DNA from: Reclinomonas americana ATCC 50394
Taxonomy: Eukaryota
DNA length: 64,000 nt
Direction of reading: 5' to 3'
NCBI GenBank assembly: GCA_048213135.1
Contig: PS015010.1
Location: forward strand, 558,001-622,000
Both the position numbers and the translations under genes were made by a program. Positions within the stretch are counted from its first letter, which is position 1; every line of letters begins with the position of its first letter. This document shows positions 38,472-47,993 of this stretch, piece after piece. Below the pieces are notes generated by a model that saw only the letters and a list, made by a program, of their open reading frames with translations, was not told the origin of the DNA and did no database searches.

Positions 38472-40514
38472 ATGGCACATCAACATATTTACGATAAAAA
38501 TGGTAAGCAGTTATGCTGCACGCAGGAAGAAAAAATCTATGTGAGAGCAAATGCAAAAGAGTTACTGCCGGGGCATCATGCCGGGGATGGGCATAATCAC
38601 GATCATGAACACCGTGATGACGATGGTCATGATCATTCAGGCAGTACAGAGCGTCCGTTCGAATTATTCCTTCCTGCAATCATCTCTTTAATCTTATTGC
38701 TTGCAGGCATTGTTTTTGACAACCTTTTCCCGCAAGCCTGGTTTACAGGCTGGGTGCGTATTGTATGGTATGTTGCCGCATACATGCCGGTCGGACTTCC
38801 TGTTATCAGGGAAGCTTTTCAGAGTATTTCAAACGGTGAGGTATTTTCCGAATTCCTGTTAATGAGTATTGCCACCATCGGGGCATTTGTTATAGCCGAA
38901 TACCCGGAAGGTGTAGCTGTAATGTTGTTTTACGCTGTAGGAGAAGTATTTCAGACGCTGGCAGTTTCAAGAGCTAAAAATAACATCAAAGCACTGCTGG
39001 ATCAGCGACCTGATGAAGTTACACTGCTCCGGGATAATCAACCTCAAAATGTTAAGGCGGAAAACGCAAACATCGGCGATATTATACAATTAAAACCTGG
39101 TGAGAAGCTGGCCCTGGACGGAGAGTTGTTATCCGAAACGGCTTCTTTCAATACCGCCGCGCTTACAGGCGAAAGTAAGCCAGACACAAAAAGCAAGGGT
39201 GAAACTGTACTGGCAGGAATGATTAACCTTAACACCGTTGCACAGGTAAAGATTACTACAGCTTATGCGGATAGCAAACTCAGTAAAATCCTGGAATTGG
39301 TTCAGAATGCTACAGCACAAAAAGCGCCCACGGAATTATTCATACGCAAATTCGCGAAGGTATACACACCAATAGTTGTTTTGCTGGCTGTTGCCATTTG
39401 TTTGCTTCCCTATTTTTTTGTGAGTGATTATCAATTCAAAGAATGGGTTTACAGGGCATTGATATTTTTGGTGATTTCCTGCCCCTGTGCATTGGTGATC
39501 TCTATTCCTTTGGGATATTTTGGCGGCATAGGCGCGGCGAGCCGTAATGGCATTCTGTTTAAAGGAAGTAATTTCCTGGACAAAATGGCGGTCATACAAA
39601 ATGTGGTGATGGACAAAACGGGAACTATGACCGAAGGTGTTTTTAAAGTTCAGGAAGTGATCATCAAGCCTGAACTGGATAAGAATGAGATACTGCAGAT
39701 GGTGAACGCGCTGGAAAGCCAAAGTACGCACCCGGTGGCAACGGCTATCCATCAATACGTTGGGGAAGTCAACACTTCGGTTAAGCTGGAGCATACAGAA
39801 GAGATCGCTGGTTACGGCTTAAGGGCAAATATTAACGGGAAGGAATTATTGGTGGGTAATTTCAAATTGATGGACAGGTTGGGAGTTAGTTATGATGTCG
39901 ATCCTTCAGCAATTGTTTATACTGTCATTGCCATAGCATACAATAAACAGTTTGCGGGATATATCACTATCGCTGACAGCATTAAGGAAGATGCAAAGCT
40001 GGCAGTTGAAATGCTGCACCAGTTAAAGGTAAAAGCGACTATGCTTAGCGGTGATAAAACTACAGTTGTGAAATATGTTGCTGAACAATTGGGGATCGAT
40101 AACGCATTTGGTGATCTGCTGCCGGAAGATAAAGTAAATAAGGTTAAAGAGATAAAAGCTAAGAACGAAAGCGTTGCTTTTGTGGGCGATGGGGTAAATG
40201 ACGCACCCGTAATTGCTTTAAGTGATGCCGGCATTGCCATGGGTGGCCTGGGAAGTGATGCAACTATTGAAACAGCAGACATTGTTATCCAGGATGACCG
40301 GCCTTCTAAGATACCCATGGCTATTAATATAGGTAAGACAACCAAAAAGATAGTGTGGCAAAATATTACATTAGCCTTTGTGGTTAAAGGTGTTGTTTTG
40401 CTATTGGGTGCCGGGGGGCTGGCTACGATGTGGGAAGCTGTATTTGCAGATGTAGGAGTGGCATTGCTGGCTATACTGAACGCGGTAAGGATACAAAGAA
40501 TGAAGTTCAGTTAA
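38472..40514 (+). CDS. Zn/Cd-type P1B ATPase (CadA/ZntA-like)
   Basis: CC + His-rich N-terminus, TGES, CPC, DKTGT, HP, GDGVNDAP. Confidence 0.95.
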   Translation: MAHQHIYDKNGKQLCCTQEEKIYVRANAKELLPGHHAGDGHNHDHEHRDDDGHDHSGSTERPFELFLPAIISLILLLAGIVFDNLFPQAWFTGWVRIVWYVAAYMPVGLPVIREAFQSISNGEVFSEFLLMSIATIGAFVIAEYPEGVAVMLFYAVGEVFQTLAVSRAKNNIKALLDQRPDEVTLLRDNQPQNVKAENANIGDIIQLKPGEKLALDGELLSETASFNTAALTGESKPDTKSKGETVLAGMINLNTVAQVKITTAYADSKLSKILELVQNATAQKAPTELFIRKFAKVYTPIVVLLAVAICLLPYFFVSDYQFKEWVYRALIFLVISCPCALVISIPLGYFGGIGAASRNGILFKGSNFLDKMAVIQNVVMDKTGTMTEGVFKVQEVIIKPELDKNEILQMVNALESQSTHPVATAIHQYVGEVNTSVKLEHTEEIAGYGLRANINGKELLVGNFKLMDRLGVSYDVDPSAIVYTVIAIAYNKQFAGYITIADSIKEDAKLAVEMLHQLKVKATMLSGDKTTVVKYVAEQLGIDNAFGDLLPEDKVNKVKEIKAKNESVAFVGDGVNDAPVIALSDAGIAMGGLGSDATIETADIVIQDDRPSKIPMAINIGKTTKKIVWQNITLAFVVKGVVLLLGAGGLATMWEAVFADVGVALLAILNAVRIQRMKFS

Positions 40515-40599
40515 TTGTTTACCCAACCGTATAACATGTACAGTAATGTGGGGTTTGTAAGAAGAACTAACCGGCAAATAGAATTTTACTGCTATTTTT

Positions 40600-40914
40600 G
40601 TGTCCTTGAGGATTACCGGGTTCATATTATCAGTTTACCTGCTTTTTAGTATCATGGTACCCTGCAGTTTCCTTGACAATTGCCGCGAGGAAGGAGAAGG
40701 GCAGGAACATCATGAAAAAGAAAGTGAGCATGAGAAAGGCTGTACAGGTTGTACCCCTTTCTCTGTTTGTGCAACCTGTGGTTTCATTGATAACAGCACG
40801 ACTATTCAAATTCAGGTTCCTGAAACTTACTGTACGAAATCTTATACTGAACATTTACCAGGCTCCTTATCATCTTTTTCTTCTATTCTGCTGCGCCCTC
40901 CCTGTACCGTTTAA
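40600..40914 (+). CDS. Second DUF6660-like Cys/His-rich uORF
   Basis: Signal-like N-terminus ending VPC, EHHEKESEHE, CTGCTPFSVCATC, C-terminal SILLRPPCTV. Confidence 0.7.
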   Translation: MSLRITGFILSVYLLFSIMVPCSFLDNCREEGEGQEHHEKESEHEKGCTGCTPFSVCATCGFIDNSTTIQIQVPETYCTKSYTEHLPGSLSSFSSILLRPPCTV

Positions 40915-40959
40915 TCAAATAAAGTCGATTAACAGGATTTCTACATTTTAAATTATTAC

Positions 40960-43116
40960 ATGAAACGAATACTCATGATGGGTATAATAGTACTGTGTGC
41001 TATTGTAACCCATGCGCAGCATACCCTCAGGTTATCAGTGCAGGGAGGAGAAGGAAAAGCTCCGCTGGCAGGCGCTACCGCAACTATTGAAACGCTGGGT
41101 AAAACGGCGGTTGCGGACAGCAACGGGATTATTACTTTTGAAAATCTTCCCGCAGGGGATTACAAAATAAAGTTTTCTCACGTTGGTATGGAAGAGCAGG
41201 AAGTATCTGTCGCCGTTCCCCAACCCGGAACAGCCGCTTTTGCCATAACAATGACTGCCGGGGAAGAAGAGGAAGAAGAAGTGATTGTAACAGCTACACG
41301 TATCAGCAGGTCTATTGCAGACCTGCCCACAAGGGTGGAGACTATTTCGGGGGAGGAACTCACCGAAAAAGGAAACATGAAACCCGGTGACATCAGGATG
41401 ATGCTGAACGAAAGTACAGGTATACAAACGCAACAAACTTCCGCGACATCTAATAACTCTTCGATCAGGATACAGGGCCTGGACGGAAGATATACGCAGA
41501 TACTGAAGGATGGTTTTCCGCTGTACGCGGGTTTCTCCGGTGGGCTTAGCCTGATGCAGATCGCACCATTGGATTTGAAACAGGTTGAAGTAATCAAAGG
41601 TTCTTCATCAACCTTATATGGCGGCGGCGCTATTTCGGGCCTGGTCAACCTCGTGTCGAAAGTCCCGGGTGAAATAAGAGAACTGAGTTTCCTGGCTAAT
41701 GTAACATCCGCGAGGGGATTGGACCTGAGCGCTTTCTACAGCCAGAAATTCAGGAAGATCGGCGTTACCGTTTTTGGTTCCCGTAATACCGGCAGTGCCT
41801 ATGATCCGGCAGATATTGGTTTAACAGCCATTCCAAAATTTGAAAGATATACCATTAATCCGCGTTTGTTCTTTTATGGTAAAAAGACGAATGCCAATAT
41901 TGGCGTCAGCTATATTACTGAGAACAGGACCGGCGGCAGCGTAGATTATATCAAGAACGGAACTGCAGGCTATTTTGAAAAGAATAATACAGACCGTTTA
42001 ACGGCGCAAACTGATATAAGGCATAAGCTCAACGACAAAACCAACCTGCAGCTCAAAAGCAGCTATTCTCATTTTAACAGGCTTATCAGTGTTCCCGCCT
42101 ATATGTTTGAGGGTACCCAACAGTCATCTTATTCTGAATTGACTATTACACACGACAGGGAGAAGACCTACTGGATAGCCGGGATTAACTTTCTTACAGA
42201 TGATTTTAGGGAAGAACAACACAATACAGTTGCGCTGAGGAATTATCACTACAACACATTTGGCGTATTTGTACAAAATACCTGGACGCCATCAACCCGT
42301 TTTTCACTGGAAACAGGTTTAAGGGGAGATTATGTAGCGCAATACGGATTTGAACTGCTGCCCCGTATTTCAGCGATGCTGAAAGCCACACCAAAGCTTA
42401 CTATTCGCTTGGGTGGTGGTTTGGGTTACAAAACACCTACTGTATTCAATGAAGAAGCGGAAAAGACACAATTCCAGGCCATATTGCCCATCAACCAGCA
42501 AACAGCCAGGAATGAAAGATCTGTTGGTGCCAACCTCGATTTCAACTACCGTACCCGGTTAGGTGAAGTGGGTTTTGCTTTTAACCAGTTGTTCTTCTAT
42601 ACCCGTTTGAACAAACCGCTGGTGTTGAACGCTGCAACCGGCGGAGGGTTCGAATTCCTGAATACAACCGGTTTTATCGATACAAAAGGATGGGAAACCA
42701 ACCTGCGGTTCACTTACCATAATTTCAAACTCTTTATCGGTTATACTTATGCAGATGTGAACAGCCGTTTCAGCGGGGCAAAGAACTGGTTCCCGCTCAC
42801 TGCGAGGCACAGGCTCAATAATGTACTGATGTATGAAATAGAAGAGAAACTGAAAGTTGGTCTGGAAGCTTACTATTTCAGCCCGCAAAAACTCAGTGAT
42901 GGCGCAAAAGGGAAATCATACTGGATAAGTGGTTTAATGGCGGAAAAGTTATGGAAGAAATTCTCTGTGTACATTAATTTCGAAAATATATTCGATACCC
43001 GGCAGACAAGGTTTGATACGATTTACACCGGGAGTATTGCGAATCCAGCCTTCAGGGATATTTATGCGCCTGTTGATGGCTTTGTGGTTAACGGAGGAAT
43101 TAAAGTCAAATTATAG
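40960..43116 (+). CDS. TonB-dependent receptor
   Basis: N-terminal carboxypeptidase-like domain, EVIVTATR, RIQGLDGRYTQIL, VEVIKGSSSTLYGGGAISG. Confidence 0.93.
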   Translation: MKRILMMGIIVLCAIVTHAQHTLRLSVQGGEGKAPLAGATATIETLGKTAVADSNGIITFENLPAGDYKIKFSHVGMEEQEVSVAVPQPGTAAFAITMTAGEEEEEEVIVTATRISRSIADLPTRVETISGEELTEKGNMKPGDIRMMLNESTGIQTQQTSATSNNSSIRIQGLDGRYTQILKDGFPLYAGFSGGLSLMQIAPLDLKQVEVIKGSSSTLYGGGAISGLVNLVSKVPGEIRELSFLANVTSARGLDLSAFYSQKFRKIGVTVFGSRNTGSAYDPADIGLTAIPKFERYTINPRLFFYGKKTNANIGVSYITENRTGGSVDYIKNGTAGYFEKNNTDRLTAQTDIRHKLNDKTNLQLKSSYSHFNRLISVPAYMFEGTQQSSYSELTITHDREKTYWIAGINFLTDDFREEQHNTVALRNYHYNTFGVFVQNTWTPSTRFSLETGLRGDYVAQYGFELLPRISAMLKATPKLTIRLGGGLGYKTPTVFNEEAEKTQFQAILPINQQTARNERSVGANLDFNYRTRLGEVGFAFNQLFFYTRLNKPLVLNAATGGGFEFLNTTGFIDTKGWETNLRFTYHNFKLFIGYTYADVNSRFSGAKNWFPLTARHRLNNVLMYEIEEKLKVGLEAYYFSPQKLSDGAKGKSYWISGLMAEKLWKKFSVYINFENIFDTRQTRFDTIYTGSIANPAFRDIYAPVDGFVVNGGIKVKL

Positions 43117-43133
43117 CAGGAGTTGCTGTGTGA

Positions 43134-43175
43134 AATTACAGGTAATGCCTGCGAAAGCGGGCATTACCTGTAATT
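43134..43175. terminator. Bidirectional terminator hairpin
   Basis: AATTACAGGTAATGCCTGC-GAAA-GCGGGCATTACCTGTAATT. Confidence 0.85.
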
Positions 43176-43214
43176 AATAAAGACAGTCCTCATCAGAGGT
43201 TTGCTTTCCCATTA

Positions 43215-44093
43215 TTATTTTCCATAAACTTCTGCCAGGTACTCTTTCAGCGTAACAGGCGCTCTTCCCAATATCTTTTCCAGGTCTGAAGACGTATTTT
43301 CAAACTCTCCCTGCCGTATGGCTTCTCCGAAGGCTCCGAACATGGTGGCATATTCTTTTGGCATGCCTGCACCGGTAACGGTTTCCACGTAAGCGTCGTA
43401 AGCGGGACCGGTATATGTAACGGATTTTCCAGTGATGCCGGATATTACCTCCGCCACCTCACCGAATGAATAGTTGGCTGTGTTGGCGAATATGTATTCT
43501 TTATTTTCATGACCTTCACTTGCCAGTATATTCGCGGCGGCTTCCGCCATATTGCTGCGTGTGGCAAATGCGGTTCTGCCTTCGCCGGCCGGGAAATAAA
43601 TGCCGTTCTGCAACACCTGTTCGCCTGCGAAGATGGGCAGCATATCCATGTACAATCCATTGCGCAGAATGGTATAGGGTATGCCTGTCTGCCGTACCTG
43701 TTCTTCCGTATCCAGGTGGGTTTTTGCCACGAAACTGATAGGTGAGGAGGCGGTCTCATTCCTTCGGTCAAAGCTGGTGTACAGGATATGTTTTACCCCG
43801 GCTTCTTTCGCCGCTTTTACCGCGTTGTATTGTTGCTGTGCCCTCTTGGCAAAATCGTTACCGGATACCAGCAGCAGTTTGTCTATACCGGTGAAAGCCT
43901 TCACGAGTGAAGCATAATCATCGTAATCGCCATAGTGGAGGAAAACGCCGGCCTGTTCCAGTTCCGCGGCTTTATTTTTGTCCCTCACGAGTACATGCAC
44001 CTGTGCGGCGGGAACTCCTTTTTTCAATAAGAACTCAACAGCAGCCTTTCCCAATTGACCCGTTGCGCCTGTAATTAATACTTGTTGTGTCAT
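43215..44093 (-). CDS. NmrA-like NAD(P)H:quinone oxidoreductase (QorB/YtfG-like)
   Basis: ITGATGQLG, GDYDD, AGVKHILYTS, LRNGLY. Confidence 0.88.
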   Translation of the reverse strand: MTQQVLITGATGQLGKAAVEFLLKKGVPAAQVHVLVRDKNKAAELEQAGVFLHYGDYDDYASLVKAFTGIDKLLLVSGNDFAKRAQQQYNAVKAAKEAGVKHILYTSFDRRNETASSPISFVAKTHLDTEEQVRQTGIPYTILRNGLYMDMLPIFAGEQVLQNGIYFPAGEGRTAFATRSNMAEAAANILASEGHENKEYIFANTANYSFGEVAEVISGITGKSVTYTGPAYDAYVETVTGAGMPKEYATMFGAFGEAIRQGEFENTSSDLEKILGRAPVTLKEYLAEVYGK

Positions 44094-44148
44094 CTGTCTG
44101 ATTTTTTGATTAGGCAAAATTACCTACCTTCGCTATACATTAGTAAGT

Positions 44149-44166
44149 GGTATACTATAGTATACC
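44149..44166. promoter_or_regulatory. Perfect 18-bp palindrome, probable HxlR operator
   Basis: GGTATACTATAGTATACC between divergent reductase and regulator genes. Confidence 0.7.
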
Positions 44167-44187
44167 GGTATACAAAAGGTAACCTAT

Positions 44188-44559
44188 ATGGAAGTCAGTG
44201 ACATACAGAACGGGAGGCAGTGCACACAGTATATACAGCCTGTGCGTGATGTGCTGGATATCATCAGCGGTAAGTGGAAACTGCCCATCCTCATCGCTCT
44301 CTCCCTCAATAACCGCCGGTTCAAGGACCTGCAGCGCACTATTGATGGCATCAGTCCGCGTATGCTGTCGAAGGAACTCCGCGACCTGGAGGCCAACCAG
44401 CTCATCAGCCGTACGGTGTATGATACGGTGCCGGTAAGCGTTGAGTACGCCCTTACACCTTATGGCCGGTCGCTGGACAATGTGATTGTTGCCATGCGGG
44501 AATGGGGAAAAAAGCACAGGAATAAATTATTCGCGAAAGAAAAGCCGGCGGCTGTATAA
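44188..44559 (+). CDS. HxlR-family winged-helix regulator
   Basis: N-terminal Cys, GKWKLPIL, ISPRMLSKELRDLE, VEYALTPYG. Confidence 0.93.
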   Translation: MEVSDIQNGRQCTQYIQPVRDVLDIISGKWKLPILIALSLNNRRFKDLQRTIDGISPRMLSKELRDLEANQLISRTVYDTVPVSVEYALTPYGRSLDNVIVAMREWGKKHRNKLFAKEKPAAV

Positions 44560-44635
44560 AATGCCGGGCTTCAATTTTCACATTTCTTTGTTTCTGCATT
44601 TCCCTACTTTCACATCTTTATAAAGAATACCAGCC

Positions 44636-44941
44636 GTGGATCAGAATAACAACGAAAAGTCGCCCCATATTCTCAATGCTTCTTCCAACCTGCTGGGTAT
44701 TTGTTTTATTGTATTGACTTCATTGAAACTGCTGGATAAATCGCAAAAAACCGTTATCGATGAGATCACCCTTGTCGCCATTATCTTCTTCATGGCCAGT
44801 TGCATCTGTTCCTTTCTCTCTATCCGCCGGAAGGGTAAAAGCAGTGTTATCCTCGAAACCGTAGCCGATATCGTTTTCCTGGGTGGTTTGTCCATGCTGT
44901 TCATTACCGCTGTGCTTTTCTCGCTGAACCTGATCGCCTGA
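44636..44941 (+). CDS. Small three-TM membrane protein
   Basis: HILNASSNLLGIC, three hydrophobic segments. Confidence 0.7.
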   Translation: MDQNNNEKSPHILNASSNLLGICFIVLTSLKLLDKSQKTVIDEITLVAIIFFMASCICSFLSIRRKGKSSVILETVADIVFLGGLSMLFITAVLFSLNLIA

Positions 44942-45062
44942 TCCCGCAACCTTTAATTCCCTCAACTCAATCCCGGGTTTTGCCAATTCACACCAATTGT
45001 GCTGTAAACTGCTGTAACAACAGGATAGCTTTGTCCGTATCATTTACACCAACAACAAAGTC

Positions 45063-45527
45063 ATGGAAATACAATACCTGCTTTTTATATGCCTGCTCTG
45101 CAGCAGTGTGGTGGTGAGCCAGGCATTTTCCTATATCATCGCGCTGGGCAATGTACAGGAAGGCTTGTCGGCACCCGCCTATATTGAGGTAAGGCACCTC
45201 ACAGACAGTAATTACAGGCGTAAGTATGCTTACGTGGTCTGTGGTTCCCTGGCTGTAAACAGCCTGCTGGCGGGATGGTGTGCCATGAACCCCGGCAGTT
45301 TCCTGTTCAGGATGTCGGCACTGGCCTGTATCTGTACTGTTGCGGACATATGGCTGGCAGTAAAAGGTAATGGCCCGGTTAATGAACTGATCAATACCTG
45401 GCGGGCTGATGATTACCCCGCCGACTGGCAACGCCACCGCGATCGCTGGCTGCACATTTTCCGCTGGCGCCAGCTCGTTATGATCACCGGCTTTATTGCC
45501 CTGCTGGCCGGGGCCTTATTCGGATAA
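45063..45527 (+). CDS. DUF1772/anthrone oxygenase-like membrane protein
   Basis: Four TM segments, GNGPVN..INTW..P.DW..RDRW. Confidence 0.7.
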   Translation: MEIQYLLFICLLCSSVVVSQAFSYIIALGNVQEGLSAPAYIEVRHLTDSNYRRKYAYVVCGSLAVNSLLAGWCAMNPGSFLFRMSALACICTVADIWLAVKGNGPVNELINTWRADDYPADWQRHRDRWLHIFRWRQLVMITGFIALLAGALFG

Positions 45528-45561
45528 ACAAGTATACCATATATCAAACAACACAACAGCC

Positions 45562-46905
45562 ATGAAACAATTATTCCTGATCTGCCTTTCCATCCTTAAG
45601 CTGGCATCGGCACAAAACACAGCATTGCCCGGGAAGGAGGAAACAATCCGAACTGACAACCACTATCCCGACTTTGAACTCCAGCGAAACCAGAAAGACC
45701 AGTTTACCATCCAATTGAAGAAAGGAACTTATTACGAGTTTTATGTGATGCAGAAAGGCATAGATGTGGTGGTGACCTTTGCCGGTCCGGATGGAAAGCA
45801 GGTATTGGAAAAGGATTCTCCCAACGGCACGAACGGCCCTGAAGATTTCCAGTATACCACCACCAAAAAAGGAAAATACACGATCACGATTGCCGCCCTG
45901 GATGATTCCTCCAATGCCAGGAAAGGCAAATATTTCCTGTATGTTAAGACCATCAGTAAAAAAGAACTGGCCCGCCGCGAAGCCATTAAACTCGAACTGG
46001 CGGAGGAGAATAAAAAGAATGTGCAAACAGCAGACGTCGACCATTTCTGGGAAGCTTTTGATCAGCTGGCAACAGCACGCACCCATGCCGACAGTGTGAA
46101 CATTTTTCAGCGGGTGTATATTGACAGGGCTACCGATGGGTTCAAGGATTTTATCAAAGTGAGAAATTTTACAGCTGAGGAGTATACTAAAGTAATAGGT
46201 TCTAAACCTAAATTCTACAGCTCGGTACGAAACAATACCTATAAAGTAAAGGAGGCGGCCCCGCTGATTGACGCTGTTTTCAACAAGTTCAGCAGCCTGT
46301 ACCCGGGCTTTAAACCATTTAAAGTATGCTTCGCCATCGGTACCATCCGCACTGCCGGAACGGTTTCCTCTTCCTTTGTACTGATCGGTTCTGAAATGAC
46401 TACGGCTACCAGGAACAGTAACTTCACCGAGTTCCAAAACAAGGCCATGGCCGACATGCTGGCGGGTGATACGAATATCGTTCAGAAGATCAGGAACATT
46501 GTATCGCATGAATGTGTGCATACCCAGCAGAAATGGTCGGTGGCCAAAGATGCACAGAAATGCGACCTGCTGTATGCTTGTCTGCAGGAAGGCATATGCG
46601 ATTTCATCGGCGAACTGGTGGCGGGCGATCACATCAACAAACTGGGGCAGGAGTACGGCGATAAACATGAGGCGGAACTGTGGAAAGAGTTTTCAGCCGC
46701 CACCTGCAACGGCAGTATAAATAACTGGCTGTACAATTACGGCGAGGTAAAAGACAGGCCTGCCGATCTTGGATACTACATCGGTTACCGTATTGCCAAA
46801 GCTTATTACAATGCACAAACGGATAAACAAAGCGCCATTGCAGATATTATTGAAATGGATAACCCCTTACAATTTCTTGAAAAGAGCGGCTACACAGGTA
46901 AGTAA
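45562..46905 (+). CDS. Secreted DUF2268-like Zn metallopeptidase with N-terminal PPC-like domain
   Basis: QKGIDVVV..DSPNG..GPE, HECVHTQQ, EGICDF, DLGYYIGY. Confidence 0.8.
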   Translation: MKQLFLICLSILKLASAQNTALPGKEETIRTDNHYPDFELQRNQKDQFTIQLKKGTYYEFYVMQKGIDVVVTFAGPDGKQVLEKDSPNGTNGPEDFQYTTTKKGKYTITIAALDDSSNARKGKYFLYVKTISKKELARREAIKLELAEENKKNVQTADVDHFWEAFDQLATARTHADSVNIFQRVYIDRATDGFKDFIKVRNFTAEEYTKVIGSKPKFYSSVRNNTYKVKEAAPLIDAVFNKFSSLYPGFKPFKVCFAIGTIRTAGTVSSSFVLIGSEMTTATRNSNFTEFQNKAMADMLAGDTNIVQKIRNIVSHECVHTQQKWSVAKDAQKCDLLYACLQEGICDFIGELVAGDHINKLGQEYGDKHEAELWKEFSAATCNGSINNWLYNYGEVKDRPADLGYYIGYRIAKAYYNAQTDKQSAIADIIEMDNPLQFLEKSGYTGK

Positions 46906-46929
46906 AGCCGCATAAACCAACATATAGCC

Positions 46930-47973
46930 ATGAAAATACAATTGAAAACACTCGCCGTGTTAACAGGCATCTTATTGCTGACGGTGAACGCCCGGGCACA
47001 GTATTTATCTTCCTCAGATTCTTTACGCCAACTGCTAGATACCACCATCCGCATCATGCGACGCGAAGCCGTAAGGTCGGGGGATGTAAAATGGAACAAA
47101 CTCAGCCGTGAAGTATACCGGGAAGCGGGCCGGGTAAAATCCGTTAAAGAAGGCGGATATCTCTTTACACGTCTTTTTGACGAGTTGCATGATGTACACG
47201 GCGTCTTCTTATACAAAGACACGGTTTTCCGTTCTTCCAGTCGTCCGCAGCATGCGGACCAGATCAATGAAGTAACGCTGGAAGCACTGAAAAAAGGTCC
47301 CCGTATCATAACCCGTATGCTGCAGGGCAATGTGGCCTATATCAATGTGCCTTTTATCAATGTGCAGGATAGCGCCGGTGTAACGGCAATGGCTAACCGC
47401 CTGAATGATTCCGTACTCAGCCTGCTTAAACAAACGCCATCCGGGCTGGTGATTGATCTCCGCCTGAACCAGGGTGGTAACATGTTCCCGATGATCGCAG
47501 GACTTCGTTCGCTGTTCGGTAATGAAACCGTTAGCGGCGGCTGGACCTATGAGAAGCACGAAGAGCCGGGTACTTATTTCAGTAACGACAGCCTCATCAG
47601 CGATTACTATAAGATCAGGCTGAACCGTATGGCCACATTTAAAGACCTGCCGGTTGCGGTACTGATCGGGCCTTCTACCGCAAGTGCCGGCGAATGCACT
47701 GCCGCGGCCCTCACTTTTCGTGGTAACAGTGTGCTGATAGGGGAACCTTCCATGGGTCTGACGACCATTAATAACGGATACCGCCTGGATTCGGATATCG
47801 GTTTCAATCTTTCCATCGGCTATATCACGGATGGGAACGGTAACCGGCTTGAAGACTATATCCGGCCTGATATCCAGGTAATGAATGGCGACAATTTCGC
47901 CGACCTGGAAAATGACGGAAAAATAAACGCTGCAAAAGACTGGATCAGTAAAAAACTATCTGCAGGGCTATAA
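46930..47973 (+). CDS. S41 family peptidase
   Basis: IDLRLNQGG, TASAGE, IGEPSMG, IRPD. Confidence 0.88.
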   Translation: MKIQLKTLAVLTGILLLTVNARAQYLSSSDSLRQLLDTTIRIMRREAVRSGDVKWNKLSREVYREAGRVKSVKEGGYLFTRLFDELHDVHGVFLYKDTVFRSSSRPQHADQINEVTLEALKKGPRIITRMLQGNVAYINVPFINVQDSAGVTAMANRLNDSVLSLLKQTPSGLVIDLRLNQGGNMFPMIAGLRSLFGNETVSGGWTYEKHEEPGTYFSNDSLISDYYKIRLNRMATFKDLPVAVLIGPSTASAGECTAAALTFRGNSVLIGEPSMGLTTINNGYRLDSDIGFNLSIGYITDGNGNRLEDYIRPDIQVMNGDNFADLENDGKINAAKDWISKKLSAGL

Positions 47974-47993
47974 TATAAAACCAAAACTACATC

